64,000 nucleotides of DNA from Rickettsiales bacterium (GCA_013214525.1 JABSSG010000024.1:44754-108753); one strand, 5' to 3'. Positions 50,253 through 59,525 are shown, counted from the stretch's first letter. Translations and numbers: made by a program. Notes: generated from the sequence alone by a model not told the origin.

Positions 50253-50646
50253 TAAAAGTTTCTATAAGTGCTGTTGCTATTGCATTTTCCTTATCATCAC
50301 TAATAGACAAATGCAAGGAATATTCCGTTTTAAATAATTTCTTAATAAAAAGATCTAGTTTATTACTTAAATGATAGTACGGTTTTCCTCTTTTGTCATT
50401 CTTAATTGCTATATCACATATTATAACTTCTTTTGCAAAACCCGTACCAATAGCCTTAACTAACGCCTCCTTAGCTGCAAATCTCTTTGCTAAATATTGA
50501 ATAATATAATCTTCTGATCTCATATTTTTAATTTCTTCGATCTCAGAAGACGATAATATCTTTAATACAAACTTATCTTTATGATGAAAATACAGTTTTT
50601 TTATTCTATCAACTTTAACTAAATCTATTCCTATTCCTAAAATCAT
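50236..50646 (-). CDS. acpS: Holo-[acyl-carrier-protein] synthase
   Basis: 136 aa. ILGIGIDLVKVDRI, FAAKEALVKA and LSISDD. Overlaps murC by 17 nt. Confidence 0.9.
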   Translation of the reverse strand: MILGIGIDLVKVDRIKKLYFHHKDKFVLKILSSSEIEEIKNMRSEDYIIQYLAKRFAAKEALVKAIGTGFAKEVIICDIAIKNDKRGKPYYHLSNKLDLFIKKLFKTEYSLHLSISDDKENAIATALIETFNDSFK

Positions 50647-50651
50647 AATTT

Positions 50652-52859
50652 TTACTTAATAACTCTGCAAGCAGAATAAACACAAGACTTACTCTTAATC
50701 ACACTAATAATATTTGTTAATTGCTTTAAACCCTTCATTTCTACATCAATAGTAATTTCAAAAAAATCATGCCCCCTCTCTAAAATCCTAAAATTGGATA
50801 TATTGCAATCATTTTTAGCTATCTCTAATACAACTTCCGCTGCCGCACCTACAACATTCTGTAACACTAGATTAATAGAACCTGTAAAAATCCTTCCTGT
50901 AACATTTTTATCCCAAGATAAATCTATCCATAATACAGGATCTTCTACATAATTCTGTAAAGTTGCACAATTTAATGTATGAACTACTACTCCCCTATTA
51001 ATATCTCTTATCCCCACTATACGATCTCCAGGAATGGGTGAACAACATGGAGCGAGATGAATAGTAATGCCAGGAGTTACCCCTTTTATTGGTATAGAAT
51101 TATCGCCAGCTAATTTCTTTTTCTTACGTAACTTAAAAAAAGAAAATGCTTGTAAAAGAAACGTTCTTTTTGAGCGGATTTTTTTAAGTTTTAAATCTGG
51201 ATAAACCTGAACAAATACATCTTGTGAACATATAACACCTTCTCCTACAGCACAAACCAATTGCTCAATTGTTTTTTTATTAAAAAAAAGTAATACAGAC
51301 TCTAAACGCCTGAGAGAAAACTCTTTATTGCATTTCACAAATGTTTGTGTCAGAAGTGCTTTACCAAGTTCAAATATCTCTTTATATTTAGATGCTTTAA
51401 TTGATTTTCTAATTTCATTCAATGCCTTACTCGTAATAGCAATCTGTTCCCAATACGGCAAAGGCTTATTATCAGCAGATGTTAATATTTCTACTTGATC
51501 ACCATTTTCTAATTTTGCTTTAAGAGGTGCAAGTCTGTGATTAATCTTCACTCCTACACATGAATTTCCTAAATCAGAATGTACTGCATATGCAAAGTCT
51601 ATTGCTGATGCTCCCCTAGGCAAAGCAATTACAGACCCCTTTGGAGTAAAACAAAATATTTGATTCGCATATATTTCTAGTTGTGTGTTCTTAACTAATT
51701 CTGAAATATCATTTGTTGTGTTAGACAAATGAACCAAGCTTTTAATCCAATTAGAACCAATTTTATCAATATCTTTATATTTTTGTTTATATGTCCAATG
51801 TGCAGCTATACCGTTTTCAGCAATATCCTGCATTTCAGCAGTTCGTATCTGTACTTCTATCCTATGTCTTTCTGGCCCTATAATTACAGTATGAATGGAT
51901 TTATAACCATTTTGTTTAGGTAGACTTATAAAATCTTTAAACTTACTTGGTACAATATGATAATTGCTATGAATTATCCCTAAAGCTTTATAACAAGAAA
52001 GAACATCGGGAACAATTACTCTGAATGCCATTACATCAGACAGCTGTTCAAAGCTTATGTTTTTCCTCTTCATCTTTTCCCAAATTGAAAAAGGAGTTTT
52101 CTCTCTACCTACTATTACTGCATCAACGCCATGCAATTTAATTATCTCATTAAGAGTATTGGCAATTTTTTGTACTAACTCAATGCTATCTCCTTTCTTC
52201 AATAAACTTAATCTCTTCAAAATAGAATCTCTACTAGCAGGATATAAAGTCGCAAAAGAAAGATCTTGTAGCTGAGTTTTAATTTGATGCATGCCTACTC
52301 TTTCTGCAAGTGGTGCATATATCTCCATAGTTTCTAGTGCTATTCTACCCCTCTTTTCTACAGAAGCTAAATAAGGTAGCGTTTGCATATTATGTAATCT
52401 GTCCGCCAATTTTATAATTAATACTCTGATATCTTTTGATATCGCAATAATTAATTTTTTAAAATTTTCCGCTTGTGAAATGCTTTCGCTCTTCCCTTCT
52501 ATCTTAGTAAGCTTTGTTACACCATCTACTAGAGAGGCAACTTTAGATCCAAATAATTCTCTGACTTCCTCGAGCGAAATTTTTGTATCCTCTACTACAT
52601 CATGAAGTAAGGCCACAATTATTGTAAGACTGTCCATAGAAAGAGAAGCTAAAATACTAGCCACTGCTAAAGGATGGGTAAAAAAATCTTCTCCAGATGC
52701 TCGCTTTTGACCAGCATGAGCTTTCTTAGCAAATTCAATTGCAAGAGGAAGTTTCAATAAATACTTCTTGAACCTGTCATACGACTGGACTTGACTTAAT
52801 AAATCACCTTCACTTATTGCTAAGGAATTCTCTGACAGTTTATTGACAGCCTCTATCAT
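50652..52859 (-). CDS. spoT: Bifunctional (p)ppGpp synthetase/hydrolase, RelA/SpoT family (full length: HD, synthetase, TGS, ACT)
   Basis: 735 aa. HD motif LLHDVVEDT, synthetase region REKTPFSIWEKM...YKSIHT and VQIRT.EM. Stop lies 5 nt from the acpS start. Confidence 0.92.
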   Translation of the reverse strand: MIEAVNKLSENSLAISEGDLLSQVQSYDRFKKYLLKLPLAIEFAKKAHAGQKRASGEDFFTHPLAVASILASLSMDSLTIIVALLHDVVEDTKISLEEVRELFGSKVASLVDGVTKLTKIEGKSESISQAENFKKLIIAISKDIRVLIIKLADRLHNMQTLPYLASVEKRGRIALETMEIYAPLAERVGMHQIKTQLQDLSFATLYPASRDSILKRLSLLKKGDSIELVQKIANTLNEIIKLHGVDAVIVGREKTPFSIWEKMKRKNISFEQLSDVMAFRVIVPDVLSCYKALGIIHSNYHIVPSKFKDFISLPKQNGYKSIHTVIIGPERHRIEVQIRTAEMQDIAENGIAAHWTYKQKYKDIDKIGSNWIKSLVHLSNTTNDISELVKNTQLEIYANQIFCFTPKGSVIALPRGASAIDFAYAVHSDLGNSCVGVKINHRLAPLKAKLENGDQVEILTSADNKPLPYWEQIAITSKALNEIRKSIKASKYKEIFELGKALLTQTFVKCNKEFSLRRLESVLLFFNKKTIEQLVCAVGEGVICSQDVFVQVYPDLKLKKIRSKRTFLLQAFSFFKLRKKKKLAGDNSIPIKGVTPGITIHLAPCCSPIPGDRIVGIRDINRGVVVHTLNCATLQNYVEDPVLWIDLSWDKNVTGRIFTGSINLVLQNVVGAAAEVVLEIAKNDCNISNFRILERGHDFFEITIDVEMKGLKQLTNIISVIKSKSCVYSACRVIK

Positions 52860-52891
52860 TTATTTCATATGGTTTATAGCCTACCGAAAGC

Positions 52892-52978
52892 TACACTAAT
52901 CATACTTGAAAATCTAAGATTTTAAAAAAGAAAATAATATCAAATTTAAAAATAGGTATTTTAGGTATGATTATTATA
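52892..52978. repeat. Palindromic element copy I (87-bp short variant)
   Basis: TACACTAATCATACTTGAAAATCTAAGATTTTAAAAAAGAAAATAATATCAAATTTAAAAATAGGTATTTTAGGTATGATTATTATA. Sits between rpoZ and spoT. Confidence 0.8.
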
Positions 52979-52996
52979 TACTTATTACAATTGAAA

Positions 52997-53434
52997 CTAG
53001 TTTTTCTTGCTGTCATCTTCTTTAGAAGTATCTTCTTCTACAGAATTTACTTCTAAACCACTAATATCAGAAGATTGATCTTCTTCATCAACCGATATAA
53101 ATTCATTTTCAATAAGTTCATCAGAAAGAGAACTAGATTCTTTTAATTCATCTTCTGATGCATTTTCTTCTAATTGTTTCTTATCATCTTCTATAACATC
53201 ATCACTTGGCAAACATAATTGCAAACTTTGAATATAAGATCTTTTTAAAGTAGGTATATCAACATGTTCACTTGCAATCTCCCTAAGTGCTATAACAGCA
53301 TTTTTATCATTTCGTTTATCTACTGGAGTCGCTGCCCCCTTTGATATTTGCTTTGCTCTATAACTTGCAAGAATTGATAATTCAAATTTATTATTTAACT
53401 TTTTAAAACAATCCTCTACTGTAGTTCTAGCCAT
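52997..53434 (-). CDS. rpoZ: DNA-directed RNA polymerase subunit omega with long acidic C-terminal extension
   Basis: 145 aa. MARTTVEDC....NKFEL...AS.RAKQI is the RpoZ core. The C-terminal ~70 aa are D/E/S-rich. Confidence 0.9.
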   Translation of the reverse strand: MARTTVEDCFKKLNNKFELSILASYRAKQISKGAATPVDKRNDKNAVIALREIASEHVDIPTLKRSYIQSLQLCLPSDDVIEDDKKQLEENASEDELKESSSLSDELIENEFISVDEEDQSSDISGLEVNSVEEDTSKEDDSKKN

Positions 53435-53526
53435 AATTTTCTTAGATTAATTAAACATTTATCTGATAAATATATATGATTTATATAGATATTAAAAGGA
53501 TTTATTGCCAATATCTAATATTTTAC

Positions 53527-53716
53527 TATACTAATCGTACTTGAAAAGCCCGAGATTTTAAAAAAGAAAATGGAAGTAATATCAAGCTTAAAAATTCGCA
53601 AATATCATTGATATTTAAGACATTTTTTAGCGAAGATAGTAGTTTCATTTTCAAATTTAAAAATCGGTATTTTCATGTATGATTAGTATATAGAGTTTCC
53701 AAGTATGATTAGTATA
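53527..53716. repeat. Palindromic element copy J (164 bp, 53527-53690) plus a duplicated right terminus (53698-53716)
   Basis: Full copy runs TATACTAATCGTACTTGAAAAGCCCGAGATTTTAAAAAAGAAAATGGAAG...TTTCATGTATGATTAGTATA. Seven bp later a second CAAGTATGATTAGTATA occurs, and its ATG is the hemW start codon. Confidence 0.9.
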
Positions 53717-54862
53717 TACATCCATTGGCCATTTTGTATAAAAAGATGTCCTTATTGTAACTTTAATACTTACGTACTTAAATCTTTAGATACACAACAA
53801 TGGCTAGAATCGTACATAAAAGAACTACAATATTTCAGAAGAGTCTTCCAAGATAAAAAAATTAAATCTATTTTTTTAGGAGGTGGCACTCCTTCACTAA
53901 TGCCAACCAAAATTATTGAGAAAATTCTTAATTATATTGGGAGTTTAGCTCAAATAGACAATAATACAGAAATAACAATAGAGGTAAACCCAACCTCAGC
54001 TGAAAAAAATAAACTTAAAGAATTCAAAAACATAGGCATTAATCGAGTTTCAATAGGAATACAATCATTCAACGATCATGACTTAAAAATTTTAGGTCGT
54101 ACACATTCAAGTACAGAAGCAATTCAAACAATAAAATTAGCTCAAACAATTTTTGATAACTATTCATTCGATTTAATTTATGCACGACCAAATCAAACGC
54201 TAAAAAATTGGCAAACAGAATTAAGAAAGGCCTTAAAATATATAAAACATCATATATCTCTTTATCAGCTTACAATTGAGGAAAATACCCCCTTTTATTT
54301 TCAACATAAAAAAGGAAAACTTAAAACATTAAATCATGCAATTGAAGCACAAATGTTTACCACCAATTTAGAAATTCTAGAAGCACATAATATTTACCAA
54401 TACGAAATATCTAACTATGCTATAAAAGGAAAGGAATCCCTCCATAATATGGCATATTGGAATTACGATGAATATTTAGGCATCGGACCTGGAGCACATA
54501 GCAGAATTGTGATAAATAACGATATATATGCAATTTTAATTGAAAAAAACCCGAATTTATGGCTTAAAAAACTTAAAAACAATTCATCATCTATTCAAGA
54601 AAAAGAAAAATTATCAAAAACCCAAATAGCATACGAGTATATATTAATGAATATTAGAAAAACTATAGGGATAAATACAAATGATTTTTATATCAAATTT
54701 AAAGAAGACATCTTCAAATATCTTGATCAAAAAGCATTAAATTCATTACAAAAAAACGGTTGGATTCATTATAATAAAAAATATATTCTTGCTACAAAAA
54801 TAGGAAGAAATTTTTTAGATACAATAACAAGAGAAATTATTAGCGATAATGTTAAATGTTGA
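53705..54862 (+). CDS. hemW: Radical SAM heme chaperone HemW (HemN-like, oxygen-independent coproporphyrinogen oxidase family)
   Basis: 385 aa. IYIHWPFCIKRCPYCNF (CxxxCxxC), GGGTPS and the HemN C-domain. There is an in-frame stop at 53684-53686, and the first ATG after it is 53705. Confidence 0.9.
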   Translation: MISIYIHWPFCIKRCPYCNFNTYVLKSLDTQQWLESYIKELQYFRRVFQDKKIKSIFLGGGTPSLMPTKIIEKILNYIGSLAQIDNNTEITIEVNPTSAEKNKLKEFKNIGINRVSIGIQSFNDHDLKILGRTHSSTEAIQTIKLAQTIFDNYSFDLIYARPNQTLKNWQTELRKALKYIKHHISLYQLTIEENTPFYFQHKKGKLKTLNHAIEAQMFTTNLEILEAHNIYQYEISNYAIKGKESLHNMAYWNYDEYLGIGPGAHSRIVINNDIYAILIEKNPNLWLKKLKNNSSSIQEKEKLSKTQIAYEYILMNIRKTIGINTNDFYIKFKEDIFKYLDQKALNSLQKNGWIHYNKKYILATKIGRNFLDTITREIISDNVKC

Positions 54863-55943
54863 TTTATCAAGTTTTATTAGGCTAAAAATAGAAACAGAGG
54901 GACCAATTCCTCTTAAAGAATTCCTAACTTACGTTTCAAAAGTCCAAAATGAACACATATCACCACAATATTTAAACGAGTATCTAAAAAACTATACAGC
55001 AAACAACACTTCTTATATATTTGAAAAGATTATTGCAGAATGGTGTCTAAAATTCTGGGAAACTCACAATAAACCAACAAAATTAAAAATTATTATATTC
55101 TCTCCTAAAACTGGTTCTTTAATCCCAAAAATTCTTAAACATTTCTATAACACTAAAATAAAAGAATCTATAAAAATCTATATTGTAGAATCCAATCCAT
55201 ATCTCACAAAATATCAAAAGCAAAATCTAAAAAATTACTCAAATAAAATAACATGGGTAACAAAATTTGAAAAAATTCCTATCAACTCCTTTTCAATAAC
55301 CATTGCAGATAAATTCTTTAGTTCTCTACCTATCGACCAATACACACGCAAAAAAGGGGAGTGGGTATTAAATACTATCGATTTAAGTAGAGATGGTCAA
55401 CATTTCTGTATTTCTCATTTAAATATTTTAAATAAAAATATGATTGCATTTTTAAACCAAAAATATCCTCACATACAAGATGGAGAAATAATAGAACTTC
55501 ATGATAATGCCACCACTTTATTAAAAAAAGCTTTCGATAACATAAAAAAATTTAAAGGAGGAATCTTATTAACAGATTATGGCTATACCAACCAGAATGA
55601 TAGACCTTTTATATCTTCGCTACAAGCGAAAAACATGAAAAAATGGCACTCCCCTTTTCATAATATCGGTAGAAATTTTATTAGTAGCCAATTAAATTTT
55701 TCTAATCTTAAAGAAAATATTGAATTACATGGAGGTCAAATTCATGGCCCCATCAACCAAAGAAATTTCTTAGTCAATATGAAAATAGAGGAAAGGAAAT
55801 CAAAATTATTAGAGCAGTTACCAGATAGTGATCATCTAAATATAATTTCTGAATACAAAACCCTCACCAGCAAAACACAAATTGGCTATTTACTTAAAGC
55901 AATGTTAATTTGTAACCCACCATATAACTCTATAGGATTCTAA
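54849..55943 (+). CDS. MidA/NDUFAF7-family SAM-dependent methyltransferase (DUF185)
   Basis: 364 aa. IVESNPYLTKYQKQNL and IADKFFSSLPIDQY follow the MidA pattern. Overlaps hemW by 14 nt. Confidence 0.7.
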   Translation: MLNVDLSSFIRLKIETEGPIPLKEFLTYVSKVQNEHISPQYLNEYLKNYTANNTSYIFEKIIAEWCLKFWETHNKPTKLKIIIFSPKTGSLIPKILKHFYNTKIKESIKIYIVESNPYLTKYQKQNLKNYSNKITWVTKFEKIPINSFSITIADKFFSSLPIDQYTRKKGEWVLNTIDLSRDGQHFCISHLNILNKNMIAFLNQKYPHIQDGEIIELHDNATTLLKKAFDNIKKFKGGILLTDYGYTNQNDRPFISSLQAKNMKKWHSPFHNIGRNFISSQLNFSNLKENIELHGGQIHGPINQRNFLVNMKIEERKSKLLEQLPDSDHLNIISEYKTLTSKTQIGYLLKAMLICNPPYNSIGF

Positions 55944-56026
55944 CCATATCTATATAAAAAGCTTGTTTTTGAATATAAAACATGTTAGCTCATCTACCAT
56001 AAGTTTAGCAAAGAGAGGTAGGAATA

Positions 56027-58783
56027 ATGTTTGGAATAGATATGATTAATGTAGATATAGACATAGCTATAGTGATTGGCTACATGTTTTTTTGCTTAGT
56101 AATTGGTTTGCTTAAATATGGCAAAATAAAAACCATACGCGATTATACTCTTGGCGTTAAACCCTTTTCAACAGTAGTCTTACTTGCAACAGTTTTTGCT
56201 ACTACGGTTGGAGCAGGATACGTAATTGGCAATGCAGGAAAAGTATATGAATTAGGTTTAATTTATATAATTCCTCTTTTTTTCATTTCTATTGCTTTAT
56301 TTATATTAGCTAAACTTCTTATTCCTAATCTTCAAATGTTTCGTGAGAATAATTTTATTTCTTTAAGTGATATCATGGAACATTGGTATGGTAAAGTTGG
56401 TAGATGGACAACCAATATTGTGGCTATATCATTGTCATTAGCTGTCACAGCAGTTAGTGTTATAGCCATTGGCTACCTTTTACATTATTTTTTTGATATC
56501 TCAGAAAACATGGGAATAATAGCAGGACTTATTGTAGTTACCTGCTATTCTGTGTTTGGTGGTGTAGCTTCTGTTTCTTTTACAGACGTATTCCAATTTT
56601 TGATCTTTTTTATAGCATTACCTGTCGCTTGTATTATTAGTTATCAACAAGCAGGTGGCATTGAAAATGTATGGTTTGCATTACCTGATACACACACACA
56701 TATATCTTCTAAAAAAATTCCTTTATTTATTAGTTTTATATTTTATGCATTAGTACCTATGGCAGAAATTCCCTTTATTCAAAGAGCTTTAATGGCAAAA
56801 GATAAAGCACAGTTTAAAAAGAGCTTTATTGGGGTAGCAATTTTGATGATTCCTTTATTACTAATAGTCTCTTTAGTAGGTTTAATAACTTATTACAATA
56901 ATCCCAATATTGAATCAGGTAAGGTATTATATCATTTTATAGATCATTATTTGCCCGTAGGGATAAAAGGATTAATGGTTTCAGGTGTACTTGCCATAAT
57001 AATGTCCACACAAGATTCATATTTAAATACCACAAGTGTATTAATTTCTCATGATATCATTAAGCAGATATATCCATCTATTACTAACAAACAAGAATTA
57101 TTTATTGCTCGTATCTCTTGTGTTGTTATAGCCTTAATCTCTATTTTGATAGTTTTTTTTAGTAGAAGCATTATAGACATATTTTGGCTAGTTGAAAATT
57201 TTATGATGCCATTGGTCAGTGCTCCCTTAATATTAGGACTGGTAGGAATTCGTATAAATAAGAAGTCATTTATATTTGTAGTAATATCATCACTTACTGC
57301 AGTTATAGTTACTCGCTTTATTACAGGAGAATTTGATACAATAAGCATTGCTTTCGGCATGATTACTTCAGCAATTGTTTTATATATGCTACATAAAAAA
57401 CATAAAGAAGAACCCTTACTATCTTTTCCAAAAATCAATATAAAGCCACTCTCTGACAAATTAAGAAGGCAAACTTTAAGTAATTCTTATTCAATTGACT
57501 CCTTGTATATAGTTGGCATCATTTTTTTTGTAAATTTCACTTTAGGTATCGCTTTTGTTAGATGGAGTTTTTTTAATCCACTTAATATTTCTCTTGTAAT
57601 TATATCAAGTTTAATGTTATTGCTCCTATTGAATGAATTCTGGAATCATAAATTTAAAAAATACCTAACTGATATTTGGAGATTTTGTCTTATTGTAGGT
57701 CTAATCTTTATCCCTTCATATATATTTTTTACACATGAGTTTCATGTTCTTTGGTTATGCAATTTTATATTTTCAACAATTTTATATATTGTAATGAGTG
57801 ATATTGTAGTTGGCCTATTATTCATATTAATTGCTGGCTCAGTTGGCTATTTGCTTCCTCAGATCTTTTACTTTGAAGGTGATTTAATATCAACAAAATT
57901 TGCAAGCGTGTCTTGTTTTGCAATGATAATTGCAATCGGTATGCAATTATATAATCGTCAAACTGTTACTAAAACCACGCATAAAAAAATGAAGCAAGAT
58001 TTTGAGAAATTAATCACGGAAAGAACAGAAGAACTTCAGAAGTCATTAAATATAAAAAAAGAATTCTTAAATAAACTTAGTCATGCAGTTAGAACTCCAA
58101 TACATAATATTTTCGCATTTTCGGAAGGCGCTTATGACTCATGGGATGATTGGTCAGATGAAGAGAAAAAACAATTTTTTAAAGGCATAATTCAAAGCAA
58201 AGAATGTTTGATGACTTACACATCAAATATTCTTGATCTCGCTTTATTGCAAGAGAAGAAAATCACTCTTAATATAGAAAAGGAAGTAAACCTTGTTGAA
58301 ATTGCTAAAAATGCTATCAATACAGCATCTATGCTTATTATAAAACAAAATAAAAATATTGGTATTGAATTAGAGACAAAAACATCAACCCCAGCAATAG
58401 TTGAATGTGACTCAAAAAGAATACGTCAAGTAATAGATAATTTATTAGAAAATGCTATTACATATAGTCAATATGGTACAATCAAATTATCTATTAATGC
58501 TACACAAGATAATGTGAGAATTTCTGTATCAGATCCAGGGGTAGGCATCCCAGACAATGAAAAACTTGATATATTTGATCCATTCTTTGAAGGAAGTAGA
58601 ACTAAAACTTTAGCTAAAGGTAAAGGAGTAGGTCTTTCTGTAGCACAAAAGATAATCGTTTTACATGGAAGTACTATTCAAGTAAAAGATAACGATCGCA
58701 AACCTACTGGTTCAATATTTACATTTACGTTGCCATATGAAGCTGATTCTGATAACAAAAAAGGTTTATTAAAAGCTGCGTAA
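56027..58783 (+). CDS. Sodium:solute symporter-fused sensor histidine kinase (CbrA/CrbS-like architecture)
   Basis: 918 aa. N-terminal SSS domain (STQDSYLNTTS), a second TM block, coiled linker, H-box LSHAVRTPIHNI, N-box DNLLENAITYS, G1 DPGVGIP and G2 GKGVGLSVAQKI. No receiver domain and no adjacent response regulator. Confidence 0.9.
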   Translation: MFGIDMINVDIDIAIVIGYMFFCLVIGLLKYGKIKTIRDYTLGVKPFSTVVLLATVFATTVGAGYVIGNAGKVYELGLIYIIPLFFISIALFILAKLLIPNLQMFRENNFISLSDIMEHWYGKVGRWTTNIVAISLSLAVTAVSVIAIGYLLHYFFDISENMGIIAGLIVVTCYSVFGGVASVSFTDVFQFLIFFIALPVACIISYQQAGGIENVWFALPDTHTHISSKKIPLFISFIFYALVPMAEIPFIQRALMAKDKAQFKKSFIGVAILMIPLLLIVSLVGLITYYNNPNIESGKVLYHFIDHYLPVGIKGLMVSGVLAIIMSTQDSYLNTTSVLISHDIIKQIYPSITNKQELFIARISCVVIALISILIVFFSRSIIDIFWLVENFMMPLVSAPLILGLVGIRINKKSFIFVVISSLTAVIVTRFITGEFDTISIAFGMITSAIVLYMLHKKHKEEPLLSFPKINIKPLSDKLRRQTLSNSYSIDSLYIVGIIFFVNFTLGIAFVRWSFFNPLNISLVIISSLMLLLLLNEFWNHKFKKYLTDIWRFCLIVGLIFIPSYIFFTHEFHVLWLCNFIFSTILYIVMSDIVVGLLFILIAGSVGYLLPQIFYFEGDLISTKFASVSCFAMIIAIGMQLYNRQTVTKTTHKKMKQDFEKLITERTEELQKSLNIKKEFLNKLSHAVRTPIHNIFAFSEGAYDSWDDWSDEEKKQFFKGIIQSKECLMTYTSNILDLALLQEKKITLNIEKEVNLVEIAKNAINTASMLIIKQNKNIGIELETKTSTPAIVECDSKRIRQVIDNLLENAITYSQYGTIKLSINATQDNVRISVSDPGVGIPDNEKLDIFDPFFEGSRTKTLAKGKGVGLSVAQKIIVLHGSTIQVKDNDRKPTGSIFTFTLPYEADSDNKKGLLKAA

Positions 58784-58795
58784 CTGGGGCTACTG

Positions 58796-59439
58796 CTATA
58801 ACTCCGAATGTTCCCCTTCTCCTGCACAACGTACAATATCACGTTGCGAAAACTCTTGTTCACATATTTCTAAGGTATGAGTTCCATCCCAATCATATAT
58901 TGTTGTTTGCCAAACAGGTGAGGCTTGACAGGGATGTCCACTACTCACACAATCACGTGCTGCATTTATATCATCTTTTGTACTATATGTGTATTTGTAT
59001 TACGCATACATATTGTAATGTCATTTTGTTGGAATATATTAAAACATTTATCTGATGAAAACATATTAACTTCAATACTATCGTCTACTTCATCACATTT
59101 TACTACTCCTCGCTTAGATAGAGCCTTCAGACAGAATTTAAGATCATATTGCCCAAGAAATGTTTGATATACATATAAGTCCTTATCAAGAAATTCTTGT
59201 GCAGTCTTGATTTCCTCTCCTGTTTTATGTAAACATACCTTAATATGCTCTTTATCAAGAATTTTAAAACATTTTTTAGCTCTATACTCAGAACCGTCAT
59301 CACCACCAGGTATATTTTTTACAAAATCTACTGCAATATCTCTTCCCTTTTTTGCTTCCTTTTCTATTTTTTTAAGACCCTTGCTACCTTCTTTTTCTAT
59401 CTTTTCAATGCCTTTCTTAACTTCCTTTATGAAACTCAT
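58796..59439 (-). pseudogene. Cysteine-rich orphan gene apparently interrupted by a frameshift
   Basis: The track ORF 58966..59439 (157 aa, good AGGAGGG RBS) stops at 58966. A second frame is open from 58999 to the TAG at 58796 (…YSTKDDINAARDCVSSGHPCQASPVWQTTIYDWDGTHTLEICEQEFSQRDIVRCAGEGEHSEL), checked codon by codon. It fills the otherwise empty spacer. The two frames overlap at 58966-58999. Confidence 0.5.
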
Positions 59440-59525
59440 ATCTTCCCTCCTATAATGTTATAATGGTGTCAATCTAACATGAGATTATAACGTTACAACC
59501 AAAAATTTTAATTTTGGCAAATAAT

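Noticed and set aside
11871..53716. Whether the recurring repeats could be a CRISPR array or degenerate spacer-repeat structure.
   Set aside because: The copies are dispersed kilobases apart and are individually palindromic with long inverted arms. They are not separated by uniform spacers, and no cas genes are present.
59440..59525. The inverted repeat GTTATAAT-N19-ATTATAAC and a CCAAAA/TTTTGG hairpin between suhB and the Cys-rich orphan gene, as a possible operator or terminator.
   Set aside because: The stems are short and AT-only, and would be weak and frequent by chance in this genome. Neither is followed by a convincing T-tract on the relevant strand.
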